Shown: positions 44,091-53,358 of the stretch, one piece after another
How the letters are laid out: the number at the start of each line of letters is the position of its first letter
How positions within the stretch are numbered: the stretch's first letter is position 1
Assembly (NCBI GenBank): GCA_965203485.1
Contig: OZ241892.1
Location: 2,688,001-2,752,000, forward strand
Length of the DNA: 64,000 nt
Reading direction: 5' to 3'
Origin: Longimicrobiales bacterium
GTDB taxonomy: Bacteria; Gemmatimonadota; Gemmatimonadetes; Longimicrobiales; Gaopeijiaceae
Position numbers and translations under genes: made by a program
The notes under the pieces: model-generated
The model's database searches: none
Seen by the model: the letters and a program-made list of their open reading frames with translations, nothing else
Told to the model about the DNA's origin: nothing

Positions 44091-45323
44091 TCAAGGCCCC
44101 GAATCGCCTCCGCCGGACGCCCCTCCCGCAGTGCCCACGGACCCGGCGGACACGTACCCCGCCGCACCGCCGTCCAGAAGCACGCGGTACCAGGCCCCGG
44201 CGGCGCCGACCACCCTCACCGCCGCGCCTGCCGACAGTTGCAGGAGAACTCCCGCGGCGCGCTCCGGGGCAACGCGCAACTCCGCTGTCCCGGCCGTGAC
44301 GCGCGCGCGGGCGCCCAAGAGGCCGGCGTCGGCGGCCTGCACGGGAAGCCGCCCCCCCGGAGGCCGCAGGAACGGCGCCGGGTCCACTGCTCCCTCGCCG
44401 CGCCGGTAGATGCCGAAATGAAGGTGCGGGGGCGTCGTGCGCGCGTTGCCGGTATTGCCGACGAGGCCCAGCGTGTCGCCGGTCCGCACTTCTTGGTTGC
44501 GTTGCACGGTCTGGCTGTCCAGGTGCGCGTAGTACACGCTGGCGTGGCGCAGGGTGTCGCGCACCCACACGACCTTGCCGCCCAACTCGGTAGTTTCCAC
44601 CCTGGAGACTCGGCCGGGCGTCGCGGACAGGACCGGCGTGCCGCGGGGCGCGAAGATGTCCACGCCCCGGTGTAGGCGGCGCCCGCCGTCGCGCGGGGCG
44701 CCGAACACGCTGCCGATCGCCCGCATCCCTCGTCCTTCCACCGGAAAGCCGAACTGGGCTTCCTGCCTGATCGTAACCCGGTAGGAGCCCCCTCGCAACA
44801 GTTCCGGCTGCAGGCGCAACAGGTAGGTTCCGCCTCGCCAGGGCTGGTGTACGTAGGCCAGCGGCGTGGAGTCCGACGAAAAGACCGGCCGAAGGGGATT
44901 GTCCGGCTCGTCGGCCTCGCGAAAGAGATCGAAGAAGACTCGCGCCTCCGAGCCCGCGTCCATCTCGATTTCGACCAGCAGCTTGCGTCCGCGCGGCAGG
45001 TCCACCCGGTAGCCCGCCGCCCCGGGCGCCTCCGCGGTGACGAAGCCGCTCTCTTGAAAGGGCATGGCCACCGCCGCGGCCGACTCCACGGCTCGGCGCC
45101 CGGCCGCCACCCAGTCGCGCACGAGCGCCGTCTCCGCGAGTCCGGCTTCCGCAAGCCCGGCCTCGTACGCTTCTCTCGGCGTCATGTCCCTGAACCGGTC
45201 GCGAAAGCGCGCCGAGGACTCGCAGGCGCCCGCCGCCAAGACGACGGCCGGCGCCACACATCGAGCCAGCGGCCCGGCCGCGCCGCCGCCCCATCCCGCC
45301 ACGCGACGGGCCCACCGCCTCAA
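44091..45323 (-). CDS. M23 family peptidase lipoprotein with C-terminal SH3-like domain
   Basis: Lipobox LAAGAC; HRGVD, YYAHL, PPHLHFGIY; WYRV...GYV SH3b; TTG start overlaps the pckA stop. Confidence 0.88.
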   Translation of the reverse strand: MRRWARRVAGWGGGAAGPLARCVAPAVVLAAGACESSARFRDRFRDMTPREAYEAGLAEAGLAETALVRDWVAAGRRAVESAAAVAMPFQESGFVTAEAPGAAGYRVDLPRGRKLLVEIEMDAGSEARVFFDLFREADEPDNPLRPVFSSDSTPLAYVHQPWRGGTYLLRLQPELLRGGSYRVTIRQEAQFGFPVEGRGMRAIGSVFGAPRDGGRRLHRGVDIFAPRGTPVLSATPGRVSRVETTELGGKVVWVRDTLRHASVYYAHLDSQTVQRNQEVRTGDTLGLVGNTGNARTTPPHLHFGIYRRGEGAVDPAPFLRPPGGRLPVQAADAGLLGARARVTAGTAELRVAPERAAGVLLQLSAGAAVRVVGAAGAWYRVLLDGGAAGYVSAGSVGTAGGASGGGDSGP

Positions 45324-46936
45324 GGCTCCGTCCCTGCGGCTCCCGCTCCCGTAGCGGTCACGGGAGCCGCCGCGGACGGCGCGCCGCCGAAGCGCGCAAA
45401 GTTCTCGCTGAACATGGCCGCCAACCGTTGCGCGGCCTCGTCGTAGGCGGATCCGTCGGCCCAAGCGCGGCGCGGCGACAACACCTCGCCCGGCACTCCC
45501 GGGACGCGCTCGGGCACGCTCATCCCGAACGCCGGGTCGCGCGTCGCGGGCACGCCGTCGAGCGCCCCGTTCAACGCCGCCTCCACCATCGCCCGCGTGT
45601 GCTCCAAGCGGATTCTCTCGCCCACGCCGTAGCCGCCCGCCGTCCACCCCGTGTTGACGAGCCAAACCCGTGCTCCGTGAGTCCGAATCTTCTCGCGGAG
45701 CAACTCCGCGTACACGGTGGCGCGACGCGGCAGAAACGGAGCGCCGAAGCATGCGCTGAAGGTGGCCCTAGGCTCGGTCACGCCGCGTTCGGTTCCTGCG
45801 ACCTTGGCCGTGTAGCCCGACAAGAAGTGGTACATGGCCTGCTCCGCGTCCAGCTTGGCGATGGGCGGGAGCACGCCGAACGCGTCGGCGGCCAGGAAGA
45901 AGACGTTGCGGGGATGGCCGCCCATGCCGCTCTCCACCGAATCGAGCATGAAGTCGATGGGGTAGGATGCCCGGGTGTTCTCGGTCAGCTTGCCGCAGTC
46001 GTAGTCCACCTCGCGCGTGCGCTCGTCCAGCCAGACGTTCTCCAGGATCGTCCCGAACATCCTCGTCGCCCGGTAGATGCCGGGCTCGCCTTCCAGAGAG
46101 AGCCGGATCGTCTTGGCGTAGCACCCGCCCTCGAAGTTGAAGACGCCGTCGTCGCTCCAGCCGTGCTCGTCGTCGCCGATCAGCTTGCGGCCCGGCGCCG
46201 CCGACAGCGTGGTCTTGCCCGTGCCCGACAACCCGAAGAAAAGGGCCGTGCCGCCGTCCGCCCCGACGTTGGCCGAGCAGTGCATCGGCAGCACGCCCCG
46301 CGCAGGAAGAAGAAAATTGAGCACCGAAAAAACCGACTTCTTGATCTCGCCCGCGTACGCCGTGCCGCCGACAAGCACCTCTCGCTTCTCGAAGTCGATC
46401 ACCACGAAGGCGCCCGAGCGGGTCCCGTGGCGGGAAGGCGTCGCCTCGAAGGACGGAGCATGATGAACGGTGAAGCGCGGTCGCAGTCCCAGCTCGCGCC
46501 CGGGCGGCAGACGGCGGAGCATGTTGTAGGCAAAGAGGTCGTGCCAAGGGCTCTCGGACACGACGCGGACTTCGATTTGGTAGCGTTCGTCGGCCCCGGC
46601 CAGCGCGTCGCGCACGTAGAGCGGCCGCTTCTCCAAGTGCTCGCGAACATGGCGCCTGAGTACCGCATAGTCGTCCGCGTCGAACGGCCGGTTGACCGAG
46701 CCCCAGTCGATGTCGCCGGCCGCCTCGCCGACGCGCACGATGAAGCGGTCGTCGGGAGAACGGCCGGTATGGGGAGCGGTCGTGGTGACCATGGCGCCGC
46801 CGCGCGCGATCCGTCCGGCTCCCGCCCGCACGGTCTCCTCGTAGAGTTGCGATGGGCTCAGGTTCCTGTGAACGGGCCCGCGCGGCATCCACCCGGGAGC
46901 TACCGCATCGAGTTTCTCAGTGGCCAAGGAAGCCAA
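45320..46936 (-). CDS. pckA: Phosphoenolpyruvate carboxykinase (ATP)
   Basis: HTGRSP, YAGEIKKS, MHCSAN, GLSGTGKTTLS, LIGDDEHGW, NFEGGCYAK. Confidence 0.97.
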   Translation of the reverse strand: MASLATEKLDAVAPGWMPRGPVHRNLSPSQLYEETVRAGAGRIARGGAMVTTTAPHTGRSPDDRFIVRVGEAAGDIDWGSVNRPFDADDYAVLRRHVREHLEKRPLYVRDALAGADERYQIEVRVVSESPWHDLFAYNMLRRLPPGRELGLRPRFTVHHAPSFEATPSRHGTRSGAFVVIDFEKREVLVGGTAYAGEIKKSVFSVLNFLLPARGVLPMHCSANVGADGGTALFFGLSGTGKTTLSAAPGRKLIGDDEHGWSDDGVFNFEGGCYAKTIRLSLEGEPGIYRATRMFGTILENVWLDERTREVDYDCGKLTENTRASYPIDFMLDSVESGMGGHPRNVFFLAADAFGVLPPIAKLDAEQAMYHFLSGYTAKVAGTERGVTEPRATFSACFGAPFLPRRATVYAELLREKIRTHGARVWLVNTGWTAGGYGVGERIRLEHTRAMVEAALNGALDGVPATRDPAFGMSVPERVPGVPGEVLSPRRAWADGSAYDEAAQRLAAMFSENFARFGGAPSAAAPVTATGAGAAGTEP

Positions 46937-47004
46937 CCTTTGCGGGCGAGACGCGGCTCGCTCGGGGGCGGGACGCGCCCCGCCGTGTTCTATTGAAGAC
47001 GGAG

Positions 47005-47033
47005 ATTATTGCTCCGGCGGCGGCGGCGGTCAA
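47005..47033 (-). promoter_or_regulatory. Putative sigma70 promoter of pckA
   Basis: Minus strand TTGACC-N17-AATAAT. Confidence 0.5.
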
Positions 47034-47216
47034 CCGCGCCCAAGACGGCGAACGGCAGACCGTCGCTCGACGAAACTCCAGCCCGGCTCCGACTTGCTCC
47101 CGACACCGCGAGCGAACCCCCTGGTCCGGCGTCCGCCCGGCTCGGCGAACCCAGCCGCGCACGCACTCTCGCGTTCGCTCTGCCGGCGGCGGCCGCCTTC
47201 GCACTTGCGACAGCCG

Positions 47217-49136
47217 ATGGACGGTTGCGCCTCGGTTTCCTCGCGTTCGCCGTGCCGGCAACGGCCGCCCTCGCCCGCCCAGGAAACTAACATCCGGCGA
47301 GCGCGCCTCCTCCGCCGACCCGCTTTCTCGTGGCCGACCGCGCTGGCCGCGGCCGCGCTTGCGCCGGCTCTGGCCGGCGCCGCGCCCATCTCCGCTTCCG
47401 CCCAAGACGAGCCCGCCCCGTGTCCAGGTGGAAGGATCCGCAACGTGACCGTGGACAACCACTCCATCTTCGACATCGACGAGATCGATCCCTCCCACCG
47501 CTTTCGCCGCTGGTTCTTTTCGCTCGCCAACCGCGCGCACCGGCGCACTCAGCCGAGCTTCATCCGCAACGAGCTGCTGTTCAAGGAAGGCGACTGTCTG
47601 GACTCCCTCCTGCTCGACGAGTCCGAGCGCATCCTCCGTTCCTACCGCTTCATCGCCGACGCGGACGTCCACGTCGCCGAGGTGGGCGACGCGATCGTCG
47701 ACGTCGAGGTCCGGACGCAGGACGAATGGTCGCTGGAAATCAACGTCCGGCCCGAACTCGACGACGGGTTTCGCATCTCGCGGGTCGCGATCGCGGAAGA
47801 AAACCTGCTGGGGACCGGAACTAGGCTGTCCCTCTTTCGGCATGCGCACCGCGACCGGCACGACTTCGGAGCCGCGTGGCAGACGCCGCGACTGGCCGGA
47901 ACGCGGCTCGACGCCCAGCTCACCGGCGGAACGACGCGGTCGGGACGCTTCTTCGAGGAGACGCTGGCCTATCCGTTCGTGGCCGAAGTGGGCACCTTCG
48001 CCTTCGCCGAAACGGTGTCGCTGCGGCAAGACTACTTCGCGTACGCGGCACCCGCCGAGGCGCCCTACGAACGGGTGATGCTGCCCTTGGAGACCATCCG
48101 CGTTCACGCCACGGCAGCGGCGCGGGTGGGAAGCCCGGGAGACTTCACGGTGCTGGGCGCCGGCATGTCGTGGGAGGACCTCGGCTTCGGAGGATTCCCG
48201 GAGGGGCTGGCCACCGCGGCCGGCGACGATCTGGTCTTGCTGGCCGACGACGACTCGCTCGTCGCCGGGGCAGTCGCCCGCCAAGTACGGCCGGCGCGCT
48301 ACCTTCGGCTGAACGTCATGGGCGGCAAGCGCAACATCCGCTACGTGACGCGCCGGGGTCTCGACGCCATCGCCGGCGAGCAGGACATCCGGACTGGAAT
48401 CCAGGCGCTGGGCGGCCTCGCCGTCGAGCGGCGGTGGACCGGAGACCGGGGAAGCGCGAGCCACGGAATGCGGGGGCACGCGTTTCTGTTCGCCGGCGCC
48501 GCTGGGCCGCGCTGGGTCTTCAGTTCCGAGTTCGGCATCGAGGGGGCTTGGCAGTTCCGCGAGGGGGCCGCCAGCGACATCCTGGCAGAGATCGACGTTC
48601 ACTTCTACTGGCAGCCGAACGGCGGCTCTCGCCACACCTTGGCGACCAGCTTCTACGCCGCCGGCGGCTGGCGCGTCGCTCGTCCGTTCCAGCTGACGAT
48701 CGGCGGCCCCCACCGCGTTCGCGGATACGGCCGCTACGAATTCCCGGGCGGCCGGGCAGCGGTCGTGAACGTGGAGGACCGGATCCTCCTCGGCGGCCCG
48801 CTGGCCGACGCGGTGGACCTGAGCTTGGCGGTCTTCCTGGACGCCGGAGTCGCGTGGCGGGGCGACGCTCCCTTCGGGGCCGACTCCGGCGTGCGCGCCG
48901 CCGTGGGCGCTGGTCTCCGGGTCGGCTTCCCCGCGGGAACCCAGAGGCTTCCCCTTCGTCTGGACGTCGCGGCGCCGATAGAGCCCGGAGGACTCGGCTC
49001 GCTTCGCTACCGCATTGGCGTATCTGCGGCGGCCAGTCTCTTCGAGGGGCCGGGCGACCTCCAAACCAGCCGCAGCCGCGCCCCCAGTCCGGCGCTCGGC
49101 CTAGGCGGCAGGTCCGAAGGAGCCGGCCGCTTCTGA
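47217..49136 (+). CDS. Omp85/BamA-TamA family outer-membrane protein
   Basis: POTRA-like TQPSFIRNELLFKEGD...ESERILR; EENLLGTG; VRGY; FLDAG; GAGLR; start uncertain. Confidence 0.82.
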   Translation: MDGCASVSSRSPCRQRPPSPAQETNIRRARLLRRPAFSWPTALAAAALAPALAGAAPISASAQDEPAPCPGGRIRNVTVDNHSIFDIDEIDPSHRFRRWFFSLANRAHRRTQPSFIRNELLFKEGDCLDSLLLDESERILRSYRFIADADVHVAEVGDAIVDVEVRTQDEWSLEINVRPELDDGFRISRVAIAEENLLGTGTRLSLFRHAHRDRHDFGAAWQTPRLAGTRLDAQLTGGTTRSGRFFEETLAYPFVAEVGTFAFAETVSLRQDYFAYAAPAEAPYERVMLPLETIRVHATAAARVGSPGDFTVLGAGMSWEDLGFGGFPEGLATAAGDDLVLLADDDSLVAGAVARQVRPARYLRLNVMGGKRNIRYVTRRGLDAIAGEQDIRTGIQALGGLAVERRWTGDRGSASHGMRGHAFLFAGAAGPRWVFSSEFGIEGAWQFREGAASDILAEIDVHFYWQPNGGSRHTLATSFYAAGGWRVARPFQLTIGGPHRVRGYGRYEFPGGRAAVVNVEDRILLGGPLADAVDLSLAVFLDAGVAWRGDAPFGADSGVRAAVGAGLRVGFPAGTQRLPLRLDVAAPIEPGGLGSLRYRIGVSAAASLFEGPGDLQTSRSRAPSPALGLGGRSEGAGRF

Positions 49137-49284
49137 CGCCCTTGCCGGGGCCATCCCCAGCGCATCGTCGGGCGGCAGGCGGCGAGTCCGGGGAAGCAGC
49201 CCTTCCGGCTGACCGACGTCCTCGCCGAAGGCGGCCCCCAACACGCTGTGGACGCGCCGCGCGGAGACGCCGTATCTTTCGAGG

Positions 49285-51555
49285 ATGTCGACGAGCCGAA
49301 GCCGGTTGCATGCGGCACGGGGGGTTTGCGCCGCGCCCGCCGTCCTCGCCGCCCTGTGCCTTTCGGCGCATGTCGAAGCGCAGCCCGCGCCAGCCGCCGG
49401 CCACGGGGGCGCCTACTTGGACCCGCAAGCCCGGCGGCTCGTCCAGGGAGCGAGAGGCGCCCGGGACTCGGCGTCGCTCGCGCTGGAGTCCTACGCGGTC
49501 CGCGCCCGCGAGAGGCACCTGTGGCAGTTCGACGCCCCGCGATCGAGCTACGTGATCCAGGACTACCAGCAGGAGTACCGCTTCCGTTGGGCCCGAAACG
49601 ACGCCGCCGTGATGCGAATGGACGCCTACTGGATTCTCCACTCGTCCCTGGCCGGCGACCCGCCCTACGGCGCGGGAATGCAGGCCGCCGTCAAGCGAGG
49701 CCTCGATCCGTACCGAAGCCCCTTTCGCTTCGCCCTGGCGATGTTGCCGGAGACCGTCGGCGCCGCGCCGGAAACGGGCAAGCCGGAGTTCGTTTCGCCC
49801 CTCGACTCGGGGGCCGAGCAGTTCTACCGCTACCGCTCCGGCGACACGGTCACCGTGTCGACGCCCGGCGGCCAGACGGTTCGGGCCGTTGCCGTCAACG
49901 CCGTGCCGAGGCGCCGGGCGGTCCGTTTCGTCTCGGCCGTCCTGTGGATCGAGGCGGAGTCCTTCGGCTTGGTGCGCCTCGCGTTTCGCCCAGCAAAGCC
50001 GATCGACTCGGAACTCGTCTGGTGCGTCGTTTGCGAAGGCGGGGGCGGTCCCAGAGTCTTGGTCGACCTGGCGGGCGGCGCGGAAGGAGCGCCGGGCGAT
50101 GCGAGCCAAGCGCCGGGCGGCGGCGGCAAGTCCGCGCCCGGGGTCCTCGGCAGGCTCGCGAACGCCGCGCTTCGCTCCGCCATGCCCAGGATGGAGCTCG
50201 GCGTCGCGGCCGTGGTGGCCGACTACGCGCTCTGGGATTCCCGGCATTGGTTGCCTCGGTCCATGACGCTCGAGGCGTCCATGGCGCCGGTCGACGAATT
50301 CGTGGCCAACGACGAGCTGCGCGAGACGTCGGGAGGCGTCTCGTCCCAGGTCGTCTTCGATGTCGAGGAGATCCGCGAGCGGGGCGCCGACCCCGAGACG
50401 GCGCTCGAGGTCGCCCGCCGCTGGCAGGAGCCCGAAGACCATGTGGACGAGGCAGGACGGCCCGACCCGGCCGCGACGTGGACCCTCCGGCCTCCGGATT
50501 CGCTCGCGCGACTGCGGAACCGTTTCGCCGGCGCCCTCTGGGACGAAGAGTCGTTGCACGGCGACGGCGCGACGGAACGGATGGCGTCGGAGCTGGCGGC
50601 CATCGAGGGCGAAGCGGGCGAGGACGCCGTCTTCGAGACCAGCCCATGGAGCTTCGAGCCGCCGCTGCTCACCTTGCGGCTGCTCGGGTACAGTCGCGAC
50701 GAGGGATTCTCGGCCGGCACGCGCATTTGGCGGCGGTTTCCCTGGGGCCGCGCGGTAGTCTCCGCCCGAATCGGAACGAAGCTGACCGAACCGCGAGCGA
50801 CGTTCGCGGTCGAGCGCGAATTCCCAGACTGGCGCGTGCGGGTCTCGGCCTATCACGACCTGCGTCCGGCCGCGATGGCGCTGGATTTCGGCGCCGTCGA
50901 AGGCCGAGCCGCCCGCTGGTACGCCGCCGACGGAATCGCTCTTCGGGCGGCGCCCGCAAGACGCAACCGGGCATTCCTGTCGCTTCGCGTGTTCGCCGAG
51001 CGGCACGACGAATCGGGGCCCGGCGCACACGCGACTCGTGCCGGCGCCGCGGGCGCCTGGACGCCGTGGTGGGGCGGCCGCGCGGGCCGTCTGCTCCAAG
51101 GCGGCGGCGAGTTGTCGGTCGAGGGCGCCGTTGGCCGCGGGCGCCTGCTCCGGATCGCCGCCACCGCCGCCGTCGTCGTCGGCCGAGACCGTCCGTGGTC
51201 GTTCGCGGCCGAGGGCGGCGGCGCCCGCACCTGGAGCCGCTCCCGCCGCGCCGACCCGTGGTTGCTCGACGGGTCCGGCGACTGGTTGCGGGGCCATCCG
51301 CCCCTGCTGCTTCCCGGGGCCGTCGTCTGGCGTGGACGCGCCGACGCTCAGCGACGCCTGTGGTTCGTCCGGCTCTCCGCCTTCGCCGATTGGGCCGTCG
51401 TCCGCGGGCACGACTTCGGCTCCGCCGGGGCGGGCCTCGTCTGGCCCGGCGGAATCCGCTTCGACGTCGCAAGGAAACTGGCCTTGGAGCCCGCGGGCGT
51501 CGTCCCGGCGCGACCAAAATGGCGCACCTACCTCCGCTTCGACACTCGCTTCTGA
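49285..51555 (+). CDS. Hypothetical secreted/outer-membrane beta-barrel protein
   Basis: Signal peptide (AHVEAQ); long ORF with backbone codon usage; C-terminal YLRFDTRF beta-signal. Confidence 0.7.
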   Translation: MSTSRSRLHAARGVCAAPAVLAALCLSAHVEAQPAPAAGHGGAYLDPQARRLVQGARGARDSASLALESYAVRARERHLWQFDAPRSSYVIQDYQQEYRFRWARNDAAVMRMDAYWILHSSLAGDPPYGAGMQAAVKRGLDPYRSPFRFALAMLPETVGAAPETGKPEFVSPLDSGAEQFYRYRSGDTVTVSTPGGQTVRAVAVNAVPRRRAVRFVSAVLWIEAESFGLVRLAFRPAKPIDSELVWCVVCEGGGGPRVLVDLAGGAEGAPGDASQAPGGGGKSAPGVLGRLANAALRSAMPRMELGVAAVVADYALWDSRHWLPRSMTLEASMAPVDEFVANDELRETSGGVSSQVVFDVEEIRERGADPETALEVARRWQEPEDHVDEAGRPDPAATWTLRPPDSLARLRNRFAGALWDEESLHGDGATERMASELAAIEGEAGEDAVFETSPWSFEPPLLTLRLLGYSRDEGFSAGTRIWRRFPWGRAVVSARIGTKLTEPRATFAVEREFPDWRVRVSAYHDLRPAAMALDFGAVEGRAARWYAADGIALRAAPARRNRAFLSLRVFAERHDESGPGAHATRAGAAGAWTPWWGGRAGRLLQGGGELSVEGAVGRGRLLRIAATAAVVVGRDRPWSFAAEGGGARTWSRSRRADPWLLDGSGDWLRGHPPLLLPGAVVWRGRADAQRRLWFVRLSAFADWAVVRGHDFGSAGAGLVWPGGIRFDVARKLALEPAGVVPARPKWRTYLRFDTRF

Positions 51556-51637
51556 CGAGCGCTCGCCGCCGTCTCGGGCTTGCCGCGCTCCGCGTCGGCC
51601 CGTGGCGGGCGGCCCGAACCGGCCGCGCGGCAAACAT

Positions 51638-51667
51638 TTGACTTCGGGGCGCTCTCGTGGTTAAGAT
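51638..51667 (+). promoter_or_regulatory. Putative sigma70 promoter of the sigma factor gene
   Basis: TTGACT-N18-TAAGAT. Confidence 0.5.
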
Positions 51668-51806
51668 TGTCTTCCATTTTCTCGCCCGGACGGGTCGGAA
51701 CGACCTGTAGCCGCGCGGGATTCAGAAACAGCCGTTCCGGCATCCGTTGCCGGGATCGCCGGGGTGCGGGGCGCCAATCGATTCACTTCAAGCCAGGAGG
51801 ACGGAG

Positions 51807-52679
51807 TTGTTCGCAAGCTCGGGCGGTGTCGATTCCTTCGATCAGTACCTTCAGGATGTCGAGCGGTACCCCTTGATTTCCGACCCGGAGGAGGAGCGGG
51901 CCCTCGCCAGGCGCGCCCGAACAGGAGACAAGGAGGCCGCCGAGCGACTCGTGACGGCGAACCTTCGCTTCGTGATCTCGTACGTGAAGAAGTACCAGGG
52001 ACGCGGCCTCGCGCTCGCCGAGCTGGTCTGCATCGGCAACGAGGGCCTGCTCAAGGCCGTCAAGAAGTTCGACCCCGACAAGGGCGTCAAGTTCATCTCC
52101 TACGCGGTCTGGTGGATTCGCCAGACGGTGCTGCAGGCGCTGGCCGAGCAGACCCGCTCGGTGCGGATCCCGCTCAACCAGAACTCCAACCTCGCCCGCT
52201 TGGCGCGGACCAACACGGCCCTGATGCAGAGGCTCGGCCGCACGCCGACCGACCAGGAACTCGCCGACGAAATGAGGGAGCCCCTCGAGACGGTGCGGTC
52301 GCTTAGGCGCGTCGCGGCGGCCGAAGTCAGCTTGGACGCTCCCGTCGACCGGGCCGACAACGACAGCGCCACCCTCATGGACCGGTTCGTGGACAGCGAC
52401 GAGGACGACATCGAGGAAGCCGTCGAGACGAGCGCGCGCCGACAACACCTCGAGCGCATGTTCGACGACTACCTGACGGAGCGCGAACGCAAGATCCTCT
52501 ACCTCTACTACGGCCTCGACGACGGCGAGGAGCACACGCTCGAGGAGATCGGATCGTTGCTGGGCGTGACCCGAGAGCGCATTCGCCAGATCCGCAACCG
52601 CGCCTTCGAGAAGCTCCAGGAGAGCCCCCAGGGCGAGGCCCTCCGGGGTTTCTGGCCCACCAGCGGAAGGGCATCCTAG
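51807..52679 (+). CDS. RNA polymerase sigma70 factor, RpoD/SigA family lacking region 1.1
   Basis: LVTANLRFV, GNEGLLKAVKKFDPDKGVKFISYAVWWIRQ, TLEEIG..LGVTRERIRQI; RBS AGGAGG before TTG. Confidence 0.93.
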   Translation: MFASSGGVDSFDQYLQDVERYPLISDPEEERALARRARTGDKEAAERLVTANLRFVISYVKKYQGRGLALAELVCIGNEGLLKAVKKFDPDKGVKFISYAVWWIRQTVLQALAEQTRSVRIPLNQNSNLARLARTNTALMQRLGRTPTDQELADEMREPLETVRSLRRVAAAEVSLDAPVDRADNDSATLMDRFVDSDEDDIEEAVETSARRQHLERMFDDYLTERERKILYLYYGLDDGEEHTLEEIGSLLGVTRERIRQIRNRAFEKLQESPQGEALRGFWPTSGRAS

Positions 52680-52833
52680 AGCAGCCGTCGAGCCGCGACG
52701 GGACGGCCGCCCAGGGAGGGGATGCCTGCAACGGCCGACGCGGCTTGCGCACGGAAGCAAGCGCCAGCCGCCCCGGCCGCCCGGCCCGCTCGCGACGCTG
52801 AACCGGCCGCCCGAGCAACGCCGGCCCCGTCGG

Positions 52834-53181
52834 TCAGCCGTCTTGCGCCTCCTCGCCCCGGGGCGTGAGCATCACCATCTCTCTCCCACGCACCTCCGCC
52901 GTGGGGATCGTCACGCCGTCGCGCTCGTACGAGTCGTACTGCAGATAGCCCTCGACGAACAGCCGGTCGCCCCGCGACACGTAGTCCTCGGCCACCTGCG
53001 CGAGACGGCCCCACAGCACGATGCGGTGCCAGTCCGTGCGCTCCTCGGGCTCTTCCCCGCCGGTGCGCCAGTTGGTCGCGAGCGACAAGCGCGCCACCTT
53101 CGCGCCCGCGCTCGTCGTGCGCACGTCGGGGTCGCCTCCGACGTTGCCGACGAGGATCACCTTGTTGACTGAACGGCTCAC
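52834..53181 (-). CDS. ssb: Single-stranded DNA-binding protein (short form)
   Basis: SVNKVILVGNVGGDP, LATN, TDWHRIVLW, VEG.L; RBS GGAGG before GTG. Confidence 0.93.
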   Translation of the reverse strand: MSRSVNKVILVGNVGGDPDVRTTSAGAKVARLSLATNWRTGGEEPEERTDWHRIVLWGRLAQVAEDYVSRGDRLFVEGYLQYDSYERDGVTIPTAEVRGREMVMLTPRGEEAQDG

Positions 53182-53358
53182 TGCTGGCCTCCATTCCTGG
53201 TTGCGTCCGGGCGGCCCGGCGTCCTCGCGTGGTCGGGTGCGCCGCCGGTCCGGCTCCAATGGGATGGAGTGAAAGATGAGCCGGGAGGCGGGACGCCTAC
53301 ATGGTCGAATGGGACAGCCGTCGCGAGGCGGGCCACGCCGCCCCGGAGACCGAAGGCG

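Noticed and set aside
49175..49210. GAGTCCGGGGAAGCAGC resembling the SRP RNA core
   Set aside because: Lacks the CAGG-stem-GNAA-AGCAG geometry and a long enclosing helix
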